From assembly GCF_006345805.1 (NCBI RefSeq), contig NC_043003.1:49476001-49540000 (forward strand): a stretch of 64,000 bases of DNA. Direction: 5' to 3'. This DNA is from Octopus sinensis. Lineage: Eukaryota. Positions 13,945 through 26,035 of this stretch are shown here, piece by piece. The notes beneath the pieces were generated by a model that saw only the letters and a program-made list of their open reading frames with translations, searched no databases and was not told where the DNA came from. The position numbers and the translations under genes were made by a program. Within the stretch, counting starts at the first letter, position 1; each line of letters opens with the position of its first letter.

Positions 13945-14570
13945 CTTTTATCTTTTACCTGTTTCAATCATTAGAATGTGGCCATGCTGGAGCACCGTGC
14001 TGAAGGGATTTTGTGGAACGATTCAATTCCAGCACTTATTTGTTTTAACGTCTGTTTCTTTTGCCAAACTGCTAAGCTACAGGGAGATAAACAAACCAAC
14101 ACTGGTTGTCTAGGGGCAGGGAAAGAAACACAAAGACACACACACACACATTTATACATGGACTTCTTTTAGTTACTTATTTCTTTATTGCCCACAAGGG
14201 GCTAAACATAGAAGGGACAAACAAGGACAGACAAAGGGGTTAAGTCAATTACATCGACCCCAGTGCATAACTGGTACTTGATTTATTGACCCCAAAAGGA
14301 TGAAAGACAAAGACAACCTCCACGGAATTTGAACTCAGAACGTAACGGCAGATGAAATACTGCTAAGCATTTCATCCGGTGTGCTAATGTTTCTGTCAGT
14401 TCGCCGCCTTACTTCGGACTTCTTTTAGTTTCTATCTACCAAATTCACTCACAAGGCATTGATCGGCCCAGGTCTATAGAAGAAGACCTTTGCTTGAGGT
14501 GCCATGCTGTAGAACTAAACCTGGAAGCATGTGGTCGCAATGTGAGTTTCTTAACTACACAGCCACACCA
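13945..14570 (-). mobile_element. SINE B interrupted by a SINE A (about 14170-14410)
   Basis: B tail and B head flank an A copy; cttcttttagtt occurs near both sides of the insertion. Confidence 0.75.
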
Positions 14571-15129
14571 GCAGCTACTATAACTACAATTATTTGTTTA
14601 ATACCATTTTTATGCATCCTGTGAATCATAGTCATGGCTGGTACCATGTAACGGGTACCTGTGAATCATCATGATCATTTCTGGTGCCATATAAATGGTA
14701 CCTGTGAATTGTATTCGTGGTCATTGCCAGTGTCATGTAAATAGCACGCATGAATCATAGTTGTGGGTGTTGCTGTGGTTTTGGGTAAATGCCACCCATG
14801 CTGGCGGCATGTAAAAGCACTCATTACACTCCTGGAGCGGTTTGTGTTAAGAAGAGCTTCCGGTTGTAGAAACCATACCAAATCAGACTGGAACCTGATA
14901 TAGATCTCTGGTTCATCAGCCTCAGTCAAACTGTCTAACTCATGCCCACATGGAGTGTGTTGATGATGATGATGGTACATATATGTATCCATGCATGTTT
15001 ACAGAAATGTACACACACACATGCACGCACACATATCATGGAAACCTTCTTTTCAGGTGCTAAATAACATCTCTCCTTCCCATGTTCCCTTCCATATCCC
15101 TTTCCCAGTTTTCAGAATTGGCACTATAA

Positions 15130-15780
15130 ATGTAGGTCTAATGAGATATGGCCATGTGATGCATATGGATGAGGACAGCTGTGTAAAAAAATTTCTGATC
15201 TCTAACTGTGGAAGGAACCTGTAGTAGAGGCAGACCCAGGAAGACATGGGATGAGGTGGTGAAGCATGAACTTTGAACTTTGAACCTCACAGAGGCAATG
15301 ACTGGTGACCAAGACATTGGGTGATGTACTGTACTTGAGAGGACCTGTCAAGCCTAGTACACATGTGCTAGTAGCACGTAAAGAACATCTTTTGAATGTT
15401 TTGCCTGGTGGAGGCAAAGTGGCTGAGTTCCTTTTGACTTTTGGTCCTCATGGAAGCAAAGTGGCTGAGTCCCTTTTGAGTGTTGGGCTTCATGGGAGCA
15501 ATGACCAAGATCTTTAACATTATGTCATTCTTTAGAAGACCCATCAAGCTGAGCCAAATTGCAGTCATGGCAGATACTGGTGTCACACAAATGGCACCCA
15601 TGCCGGTGGCACGTAAAAGCACCCATTACACTCTCAGAGTGGTTGGCATTAGGAAGGGCATCCAGCCATAGAAAACCATACCAAATCAGACTGGAGTCTG
15701 GTGCAGCCTTCCAGTATGCTAGCCCAGTTAAACCATCCAATCCATGCCAGTATGAACAACGGATATTAAATGATGATGAT
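15130..15780 (+). mobile_element. RTE LINE 3-prime end plus 3-prime UTR (family C repeat) with (TGA)n tail
   Basis: YGHVMHMDEDSCVKK, TVEGTCSRGRPRKTWDEVVKHEL, followed by gtggcacgtaaaagcacc UTR unit and atgatgatg tail. Confidence 0.85.
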
Positions 15781-15953
15781 GCATATATATATATATATAC
15801 ATATAAAAGCATATAAGCATTTTTAGATTATCTGACAACAGCAAACTTCCCTCATTAATGCATTAATTCTTTGCTATAACAATGGATTAATTAACTGTCT
15901 CTTTTGCATCATTCTGCCTAACCAATGTGTGGCATGCTTCACTTTGATAAGCT

Positions 15954-15972
15954 TCAATCCTTCATGGATCCC
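15954..15972 (-). CDS. Candidate terminal coding exon G (GSMKD-stop)
   Basis: Strong acceptor tttttttttctgtttacattccag|; the phase-2 join to exon F gives R-GSMKD-TGA. Confidence 0.45.
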
Positions 15973-16697
15973 CTGGAATGTAAACAGAAAAAAAAACATA
16001 TATATAATAATATATATATATATGTAAAAAGCACTGGTGCTGGTGCCATGTAAATAGCACTCAATACACTCTGTAAAGTGGTTGGTGTTAGGAAGTGCAT
16101 CCATCTGTAGAAATCAAACCAAAACTGACTATGGGAGCTGATGCAGCTCCTAGCTTTGCCAGTTCTTGTCAAGCCATCCAACCCATGCCAGCATTGAAAA
16201 CAGACTTTAGGTGATGATGATATATTAATATTTGCTTTTATATTATAATCAAAATTGTCTTATATTAAACTGAAGGATTACTCAATACATTTGGTAGAGT
16301 ACAACTGTATTATTCTTTGACAAGAATAGTATTGACAGTGACTTCGAAGTTTCAACCAGACTTATTAATTTCAGTTCATCTTGGTTTTATATAGTCTTTC
16401 TTAAGTTAAAAAATTTCTAGGGTAACCAAACCAAAGTTCTCTTTAATAGAAATTATGCTGTATGTTAGTTTGTGGTGGTGGATGGCATCTAGAACTTTTA
16501 TTGATTTCATTTGGGCAAGTGGTAATTGTTAGAATTTATTCATGCATGTAGAGTTTTGTAATTGTGTGTGTATTTTTAGGTGCGTCATCTTCAGGTCATA
16601 GGTGATCACAAAAGAATGAAGTTAGGTTGTTGGACAGCAGATCTGTAACTTGGTTCTGTTGTTGTTAGTTTTATTTAGATATTAATGAGATACTCAC

Positions 16698-16760
16698 CTT
16701 TTGTTTTGAGAATGTGAATGTTCAATCTTAAAGTTCAGTTCAGTGTCTTGAACTTTGTAT
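16698..16760 (-). CDS. Candidate coding exon F (YKVQDTELNFKIEHSHSQNK)
   Basis: Acceptor actgac...acccacttag|, consensus donor AAG|GTGAGT, 63 nt, only one open frame (phase 2 to phase 2). Confidence 0.5.
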
Positions 16761-17632
16761 CTAAGTGGGTAATTTGGTATGTCAGTTTTATTTATATATA
16801 TGTGTGTGTGTGTATGTATGTGTGTATGTATGTATGTATCTATATATCTATCTATAAATATGTATATGTATGTATATATATATGTGTGTGTGTATATGCA
16901 TGTGTGTGTGTATATATATATATAGTTATATATATATATGCATACATTTATAAATACATATACATATCTATGTATGTATTATATATATATATATATACAT
17001 ACACACACACACACACACATATTTAAAACCACATACATATATGTGTGTGCAAGGATGTATGTGTATACATACACATACATACAGAAAACAGCAAAGTAAC
17101 TGACATCACTCTTTGAAGTGCTAAGGGGCGATGCAAAACATGTAGTTGATTTCATTCAACTGCATGTTTCAAAGTTGACTGAGATATTCCTCCATTAATA
17201 ACCCAAGGGCATCATTCCCATTTATATCAATTACACTATTAGTAATGTTTGGTGAACAGTTTATAAAAGAATGCATCCAGATTTTCAAGAAACTGACACA
17301 TACGTGAAGGAAGTATATTTGACCAATGCCTCTACCCATGAAGACCATTCACTGGATTCATCTATGTCTCCATCTCTAACTCACCTTTCACACTGACCTT
17401 TCACACTCTCATAAACCTAACAATCCAGCCCTCTTTGTTTCTTTGTCACTGTTATCTCTTAAATCTATCTCCATGTACCTTGGTTGTATATTCTAAAGCA
17501 GTGTTTCTTAAACTTTTCACCTTTGCATAACCCTTAAAATAAATTACATGTCTCAAGGAATCTCTGCACAAAAAAAAATTATATACCATATCTTTCTCAT
17601 ATTTTTTCACTGTAGTTCATGTGGTAAATATC

Positions 17633-17706
<74 letters not shown>

Positions 17707-17986
17707 GTGTGTTGTGTGTGTGTATATATATATATAAATATGTGTGTGTATATGTGTATATATATGTGTGTGTGTGTATATATATAATATATATCATCAT
17801 TGTTTAACCCGCTTTCAATGCTAGCATGGGTTGGATGATTTTGACTGAGGGCTGGCGAACCAGATGGCTGCACCAGGCTCCAATCTTGATTTGGCAGAGC
17901 TTCTACAGCTGGATGCCCTTCCTAACGCCAACCACTCCGAGAGTGTAGTGGGTGCTTTTACGTGCCACCGGCACGTATATATATGC

Positions 17987-18017
<31 letters not shown>

Positions 18018-18021
18018 TATG

Positions 18022-18080
<59 letters not shown>

Positions 18081-19299
18081 CGGTTGTTACATTTTTTTTT
18101 GATAACATTAGATAGGATGATGTCTATATTACTCTATTACAATAATCAATAATATGTTATGCATGTTTAGTAATATTACGATCCTGAAATTGTCACTAGC
18201 TTATCTCACTCTTACTTGTGGAACCCATACAGAATCCTAAGGTTTCGGAGGAACCATGTGGTTGGGAAGCAAGCTTCATACTGCACAGCCAAACCTACAT
18301 CTATTCAATAACTATAAACCAAAAAAATATGCATTTGTGTTTGGTTTGCAAGATTCTTGATATGAATTTATGTGTTGAAAGAAATACTACTGAACCTTGG
18401 GAGGGGCATCATGCCAGTAATTGTAAACACACACACTGGTTCAGTCCTTTATTTTTATTGTTCGGTATTGTTCATGTTGTAATTCCTTTTTTGTTTTACC
18501 AAGGTTCAATCAAAAGGTATGTAACAGACTGAAACACTAAGAGTGAATACGATTGGCTAAAACATTTGAAGGTAGCACTCCAGCATGGCCAAGAAATCAT
18601 AATAAGAGTATATAAAGGTGTTTTTAGTTATGTATTCTCTGTTAGTATTTTTGCTTCATGTACCCTCTCTTCAGCTACCCTTACATTTTGCAACGACAAC
18701 AATAAACAGGACGGCAACAATAAACATGACTATAACACACACACACACAAACATACACACACACATGCACACACACACACAAAAGTTGTTTAGAATTAAG
18801 ATCTTCTCAAAAGGTCAGCTGTGATGCATGTTTGACCTTTGATTTAAGCAGCGTAACCATTCCATGTTTTAAATAAATGTGTGTATGTATTTGATTTCAG
18901 AATAAATGCTTATATATAAGTGCATGTCTGTGAGTGTGTGTATGTATACATATATATATGCATGTGTGTGTGTGTGTGTGTGCATGTGCATGCACATGTA
19001 TATGAGTGTATGCCTCTATTTTCAATGTTGTGCTACCAACCTCTCTTGAAAATCTTTATTATTGACAATTGTAAAAATATATCAATATTTTTATTGAGCA
19101 CCAATATTTTAAAATTATGAATAATTTAAAAACCAGACTTTGTTTTATTTACTGTATCTGTTTTTAGTGAAAATGGGTGAAATGTAAATAGAAAAGATGA
19201 TGGGAGGAACTTTACACTGAGGGCCTAATGTAAATTATTGATGCACAAAATATGCAGCAGCAGTAGCATCAGCAGCAGCACCAGCAGCTAAGTCAAAGA

Positions 19300-19680
19300 A
19301 GAATGATGTTTGACCAAGAGGAAAGATTTCTGGCTGGGAAAAACGACTTTCGACCAGGAAGATTGATTTTTGATATTTTTGATGATGAAGAATAATTTTT
19401 GAAAAAGGAGGAAGGATTTTTGAAATGGGAAGAATGACTTTCGGGAGGTAAAAATACTTTTTGAAAAGAGAAAGATTTTGATGGAAAGAATGAATTTTGT
19501 AAAGGGTTTTTGACAAGGAAGAGTGATTTTTGAGACAAGAAAAAGGAAAATTGAATTTAACTGAAGGAAAAATTATTTTTAATTGGGAAAAATGACTTTT
19601 GGCATGGAAGTCTGATTTTTAATCAGGAAAAATAATTTTTAGTTGAGGGAAATGATTTTTGAAAAGGGAGAATGATTTTC
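19300..19680. repeat. Degenerate 18-21 bp minisatellite (TTTTTGAnnnGGAARAATGA)
   Basis: About 18 imperfect units visible. Confidence 0.65.
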
Positions 19681-19719
19681 ATATGTAGCTGGAGCTCAGT
19701 AGTTGTTAGCAGTTACAGT

Positions 19720-20181
19720 TCCCATGATACGAATTCTTTCAAATGCTTGGAAGGCTCTTTTGGAGTAGTTGATAGCTTCTGTTACCTAGGTGACCTTATC
19801 AGCAGTGGAAATGGGTTCTGAAAATGTATAATAACCAGAGTAAGGATGGTGTGGATGAAGTTTAGATGGCCATTACTTCATGCTGACAACAAAGAATTCT
19901 CCTCTTTTGATATGAAAGGCAGATCATATGATCATATGATGCTATGTACAAAGTGTAATATTGCACGGTAGCAAAACATCAGTATTGAATGTGAAGGATA
20001 TGCAAAGGCTGGAATAAAATGAGGTGGACATGCTTCACTGGATATGTAATATGTGATGGGTTATAACAACAGAGGCAAATGAGTTGGGAGAAAAACTGAG
20101 GGGGGCTTAGACATTGTGCTAGAGATAAGTCTGCATTGGTATCAATACATGATATATATATATATTAATATGTGATATATA

Positions 20182-20235
<54 letters not shown>

Positions 20236-20265
20236 GTGATGTATATCAATATCTATCTATCTATC

Positions 20266-20304
<39 letters not shown>

Positions 20305-20321
20305 ATGTATGCATGTATGTA

Positions 20322-20379
<58 letters not shown>

Positions 20380-20580
20380 GAGAATGACTTTTAGGTAGAG
20401 TTGTGACAAGTAACACAAGTGAAAGGCCATCTGTTGGACAGGAAAACTAAGGAAGATATGAAAAGTGGTGAAGCTTGACCTCAAGAAGCTGAAATTCATT
20501 GATGACAGGACAAATGACTACAACAAGTGGCAAGACCCTATACTACAGAAAAGTGCTTCCCAAACACTGGAAGAATAAAT
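19720..20580 (+). mobile_element. Decayed RTE LINE RT C-terminal region, split by a microsatellite
   Basis: VVDSFCYLGDLISSG...RVRMVWMKFR and KVVKLDLKKLKF...NDYNKWQD motifs. Confidence 0.8.
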
Positions 20581-20639
20581 TTTAACCATCTTCTCATTAT
20601 ATTTGAAACAGTGTGCTAATACATTTAAATATCAGACAG

Positions 20640-22450
20640 CTCTTGCATGATATTTGTGGTCCACATTCATTCCTGGACTTCAAAACAGTTGTTTGATATG
20701 TTTATGCAACATAAAAGCATGTAGTTCACTAGAGAAAATGCCACTTAGGAGAAGATGCACATCGGAACAATTCCTTGGAAGAAGCTGCAATTGCATGTTT
20801 ACCAAGCAAGATGAATATTATATTTGCTTTCATTTTCTGTGCCAGTTTACCATTCAGTCTTCAGTAATTTTGACATAATCACTAGGACAGTTTGGTAGAA
20901 AACATCTTGTATGAAGTTAAACAAGTCAAAGAAAAAAAAAAAAATTAAAAGCACACAGAGTTTAACACTGCTATGTCCAACCAAGCTCTAATCTTCATTG
21001 AAAATACTGTAGAGTCCATGGCTGGCAAATATCCTGAACATTGTGAAATGCAACTTCAGTACTCCCTGAAGCTGCAATTCTAAGTCAAAATATTCTTCTC
21101 ACAATTAGCATTTGACAACTAGAACTTGCTGTACACTAAACTGAATCACTTTTGGTTCCAGGAAAAGAAAAATAGGTTTTTCAAGGATCAAGCAATCAGT
21201 GACATCTAACTCAGAAAGGATAATTTTTTCTTGGTGCTTCTGGGAGCAGAGGAAAAACATTTTTGATTGGCCTAATTTTGGCAAAATGTTTGTTCACTTA
21301 AGTAGATTGCAGGTGACATGATTGATATGTTGATGTATTTGTTTTACTAGATTTTTCATGGGAAACCGTGAGTTAAAACAAAAAAATTGCTATATTTGGG
21401 GATGGGCATTTTCTTGTTTTCTTTGCCAATAAACACACGCACTATTTATTTATTTGATCTTCACTTTAGCTTTATTATCAGAGTTCTAGTTTTTCTCTTA
21501 AGCTGTGATTCAAACTTGCACACAATGAGTCCTGTGTGTAATACTGGCGAGGGGTTGGAAGCAAGTTAAGCTGAATGTATGAGATGTATGTATGATGTAG
21601 CTGAAACTGGCATTTGGGGCTTTCAATTGCATTTTACAAGATCTCATATATAATGTTGATGTCAAGGACAGAAAATGTATCTTGTCACAAACATGAGAAT
21701 TATACTTCACAGAGATATCTCAGCAGCCCAAGTTGCAAAAATTTTACTTCAGTTGTGGTAATGGTCCATTACCAGTTGACACAGAGAGTGGCTATGTTAG
21801 AATATTAAGAGGAATTACAGAACAGTCATCTTGAAATGCCATCGAAAGCTTTTTCCTAGGTTCTCTGAAAAAATAGAGAAAACATGAATGGCTTTATGAC
21901 AGTGCCAAGATTCCAAAAATGACATTATGCGAAATATTAATTACCATTATTTGAACAGGTACCTGCCTACCCAATCCAGTGAGTACAAGTCACTTCAAAT
22001 TTGTAGGCATCGCCAACAAAATTTTTCAATTCTCTACAGCTCCTGGTGTCTCTCTTCATCATGTGCAACAGATCGAAACCATCATTTTGAGTGATGGTGC
22101 CAAAGGAGATGTTTCCATTTCACATATTCTCCTCATTCCATTTCATATGCCAGTACACTTCAAGTTCCTTCAGTTTCCCAAGATGCTGTCTGATTTGACT
22201 ACTGACATATGTCAGAAACAGTTCCTTGGGATTGTTGGAGTTGAACTGACAATCCATGTTTTTTTTTCTCAAAGCTGGTTCTATGTCGCAATCTCATGTG
22301 CTGAGACAAGCTGACATATTTTCATCAAAGTGTAAAACTACAAAAGAATATTTTTTACCCAAGAGCTGTTGTTGAATAAAACACATTTCTATTAGAAGTG
22401 CTTGTGCTATGTTTGTATATCAATTTAGAATTACAATAAAATATATAAAA
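20640..22450 (+). mobile_element. Decayed Helitron PIF1-type helicase region (copy 2)
   Basis: Collinear motifs ICGPHSFLDFKTV, EDAHRNNSLEEAA, NQALIFIENTVESMAGK, Walker-A-like FLGASGSRGKTFLIGLILAK, HEWLYDSA, IETIILSDGAKGDVSISHILLIP...FKFLQFP...SWFYVAIS; many stops. Confidence 0.85.
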
Positions 22451-22842
22451 GTAATCATAAACATTGCATTTTCTTAAGTCATAAAATTAAAATTATTTAT
22501 AAACAGAAAATCAAAAGCTTTGTATATCATAGAAAGCCAGAAAAAACCAGCTGTAGACTTGTACCTCATTTCAATAAAAGTAAATAAATGCAAATATATC
22601 TACATATAATCAACACTGCACAAAAGACTTGCTATAAGTTAAATAATGTGTTTAGCATTAAGAAAGAAAATACAGTTCTACATACTTGCTATCTGGGCAA
22701 TGTAGTGTACCTCTAGTTAATAAACTCTCTCTCCCTCTCTCTTCCCTTCTTCCTCCTTCTCTCACTTTCTCCCCCCTCTCTCTATATATCTATCTATATA
22801 TAATCTATCTTCTTCCTTCCTTTCTATCTATCTATCTATCTA

Positions 22843-22889
<47 letters not shown>

Positions 22890-23089
22890 ATCTATATATA
22901 TATACCAAAAAATAAGCAACAAGAATGGATCGGTAATTTAGTACAAAATTACTGATCCATTCTTGTTGCTTTTTTTTGGTTATAATCACCCCACATAATT
23001 TTATGGGTAATACCATAAAAAAACTCTGGTGCATCTAAGTTAAGTACCATATTCATTTATTGTTTTGCTGAAATTATATATATATATAT

Positions 23090-23640
23090 ACGATGATGGA
23101 TTCTCTTGTGGACGACAAGTGAGGGTTCAGTAAAAAAAAAGGATTGCTCATGTTCTATGGACACGGATGTGTCTTTTGAGGCCTGCTGGTATCTTTCAAA
23201 CCTTTTGGCAAATGAAATGGGTTGAAGACTCGGTTTGCTTGAGTGCTTGTGGACATTTACTATGTGTTTTCTTGAGTGGAAGGCAAAGCCTACTTTGCTT
23301 CATGTCACAAAACCACAATGACAGGCAAGGTTTCCATTTAGAGGAGCAGCATTTTGCCAGTGAATCTTCATGCTTGCACGGAGTTGGTCTCAATGTTGGA
23401 GTTGACTTTGCTCAAATCTTTGAACTGAGAAGAAGCAGGACTAGTGCCAGGTCCCATGTTCTAATGCTTTGCTTTCCCATGAAGAAAAGGGATTGTTGCA
23501 TCACTTTGGATTGTCTCTTAGTTTGTCTTTGAAGTGGAAGAGTGGCCGTCAAACTGACATTCCTGTTGGGAATTGGCCAAAGAGAAGTTTCTTTAGAGTT
23601 CTGATTTCACTCATACATGAGAGATGATCTGACCTTCTTA
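23090..23640 (-). mobile_element. RTE LINE 3-prime end with degenerate C2H2 zinc-finger remnants
   Basis: KKLLFGQFPTG...RPLFHFKDKL...SWESKALEHGTW...LACHCGFVT*SKVGFAFHSRKH. Confidence 0.8.
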
Positions 23641-23672
23641 ACACACAGCCATGCTTACGCCTATACACACCA

Positions 23673-23705
<33 letters not shown>

Positions 23706-23889
23706 TGTAGGCATGGCTGTGTGGTAAGAAACATGCTTTCCAAACACATGGTTCCAGGTTCAATCCCAGTGTGTGGTGCTTATGGCAAGTGTCTTCTACT
23801 ATGGCCTCAGTCCAACCAAAGCCTTGTGAGTAGATTTGGTAGACAGAAATCGAAAGAAGTCCATTATATATACATATATATATATATAT

Positions 23890-24090
23890 ATATGACCGCG
23901 TGTGTACCGTTGGCGATTCTTTTTTCCTCTGTCTTCCCTTCTCTGGATCTTTCCTTCTCCTATGTTTCCGCCGAAGAGCTCCGCTCGAAATGTTAAACCC
24001 TCCTTCTTTCCTGAGCATCCAATAATACTATATTTGTTCCACGTCCTCGCGTTGTTGTTTTTTTGTGCTTTCTTGTTTGGATTAACTTTA
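23890..24090 (+). mobile_element. Penelope-like terminal-repeat fragment with degenerate minimal hammerhead motif
   Basis: gttt-ccgccga-a-gagc/tcc/gctc-gaaa-tgtt-aaac; flanked by (TA)n; related copy at 54055-54245. Confidence 0.55.
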
Positions 24091-24196
24091 TATATATATA
24101 TATATATATATATCTTGCAGAGATGTACTTGCATAGCAAATGACTTGATCTGAGATCATGTGCTGAAACAAAAACAATTGCAGTGTGGAAGGTGTT

Positions 24197-24263
<67 letters not shown>

Positions 24264-24964
24264 TATAAATACAGTGTACGTTTAAACACATAAGAGGTAT
24301 CTGTCATAGGATTCCTTTCGTGCTAGAAGGAACAGCTAAAGTCCAAACTACTATTAGGGATAAAAACTCGAAGGGAATGAAAAATAAAAACATTTACCAT
24401 CTATCTCCTGGACCATGGTTTCAGAATTTTTTTAACAAATAAAATAATTTGCTAGGCGAAGTCTTCATCAACAGGTACGCCTAGATTAAACATATAAATA
24501 CGAGGCAATCCAGCATGTGCCTCGTACTTATACATTATAATTTTTCAAATCCACTGCACAAGCGCAGTTTTCTGTCGGCAGTATATTTATATATATATAT
24601 ATATGTATTAAATAAAAGGAGACAACAAAGTCAAGGCAGTGTGAAACTTCTAGGACATTTATAAAGGTAGTCTTAGCAGTAAGACTACCTTTATAAATTT
24701 CACACTGCCTTGGCTTTGTTGCCTCATTTTATTTAACATATAAATGCTAACACACGATCTGCATTAGACTCATCACCCATACGATTATTGAACTGGGAGT
24801 CTAACTAGGATCCTTCCGTAGCACTTACATAGCCTTACCTGCCATTTTGGATCTTCTTGATACCAAACTCTTGTATATGTGTGTGTGTGTGTGCATATCT
24901 CAGTGTCTGTGTTTATATATATATTGTACATACAAATATCTGTACATTTGTCCACATATATAGC

Positions 24965-25150
24965 CATACCTATTTCTTTACTACCCACAAGGGGCTAAAC
25001 ACAGAGGGGACAAACAAGGACAGACAAACGGTTTAAGCCAATTACATTGACCCCAGTGCGTAACTGGCACTTAATTTATCGATCCCGAAAGGATGAAAGG
25101 TAAAGTCGACCTCGGCAGAATTTGAACTCAGAACGTAATGGTAGATGAAA
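24965..25150 (-). mobile_element. SINE family A
   Basis: Reverse complement of the A consensus. Confidence 0.8.
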
Positions 25151-25339
25151 TAGTGCAAACCATTTGGGTGGGAGATGATGCCATCCTTCCTGCACATGCA
25201 TTAAAACTTTTGCACACCATTTCGCTGTATCAGTTCCTGACTGTTATGCCTAGAATACATTTGTGTAGTATGCAGCCTTTGAATTTTTGGTTACACCAAA
25301 AGCATCAAGCAGAGATATTGTACCAAATTTTGCTAAAAT

Positions 25340-25570
25340 ATTAATCTTTTAGCATTCAGATTTCTTTGTCAAGTGTAATGCCTGCTTATTCACATTTTTG
25401 TGAATTAATCATGCCTTATCTCATTAGCTTTAAGATTTCAATGATGTGATAGTTTATTTTTAGAATGACATTGTAGGGTAGGTGTAAGACACCAGATTTG
25501 GCCAGTTTGAGCGTTAAACAAGTAAAATATTTTGGGCAGATATAGCTGGATTAAAGGTGAAATGGTTAAT
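25340..25570. mobile_element. MITE with TTAA ends (TTAACCCTTTAGCAT-type TIR, degenerate)
   Basis: ttaatctttttagcattcag...aaaggtgaaatggttaa; partial second copy at 28760-28885 ending gctaaagggttaa. Confidence 0.6.
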
Positions 25571-25599
25571 AAACTTCTGCCAGGTGTTAATGAACTTCA

Positions 25600-25735
25600 A
25601 GGTGGTGCTTAAAAGTTCTTTGCTTAAGGGTATCGTGAAGGACCTGGTTGGAGGCCCAACCTTCTGAGATCTATAACAGGGCTTGGAAAAACTGAAGGAC
25701 CACTGCAATAAGTTTGTGAATCTGGGAGGAGAATA
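25600..25735 (+). mobile_element. Mariner-derived deletion fragment
   Basis: TIR-like ggtggtgcttaaaagttc followed by LEKLKDHCNKFVNLGGEY, resembling a mariner transposase C-terminus. Confidence 0.45.
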
Positions 25736-26035
25736 TCATCATCACCATAATCATCATCATCGTTTAACATCCGTTTTCCATGCTAGCATGGGTTGGATGG
25801 TTCGACTGGGGTCTGGGAAGCCAGGGGACTCCACCAGGCTCCAGTCTGATCTGGTAGTGTTTCTACAGCTGGATACTCTTCCTAACGCCAACCACTCCTT
25901 GGGTGTACTGGGTGCTTATTACGTGCCACTGGCACAGGGGCCAGTCGAGGCGGCCCTGGCATCGGCCACATTCGGATGGTGCTTTTTACGTGCCACCAGC
26001 ACGGGTATCACAACTACAATTTCCATTTGATTTTT
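25735..26035 (-). mobile_element. RTE 3-prime UTR repeat (family C)
   Basis: catcatcatcgtttaacatccgttttccatgctagcatgggttgg...; similar copies near 17790, 28420, 37290, 45725, 54245, 56050 and 60960. Confidence 0.8.

Noticed and set aside
21979-22314. PIF1-like host gene
   Set aside because: Upstream helicase motifs are collinear without introns and full of stops, as expected of a Helitron fossil
22686-22712. 27-nt micro-exon candidate (GTLHCPDS), phase-compatible with the E-F intron
   Set aside because: Acceptor is preceded by a purine-rich (GA)n tract; too weak to support without RNA data
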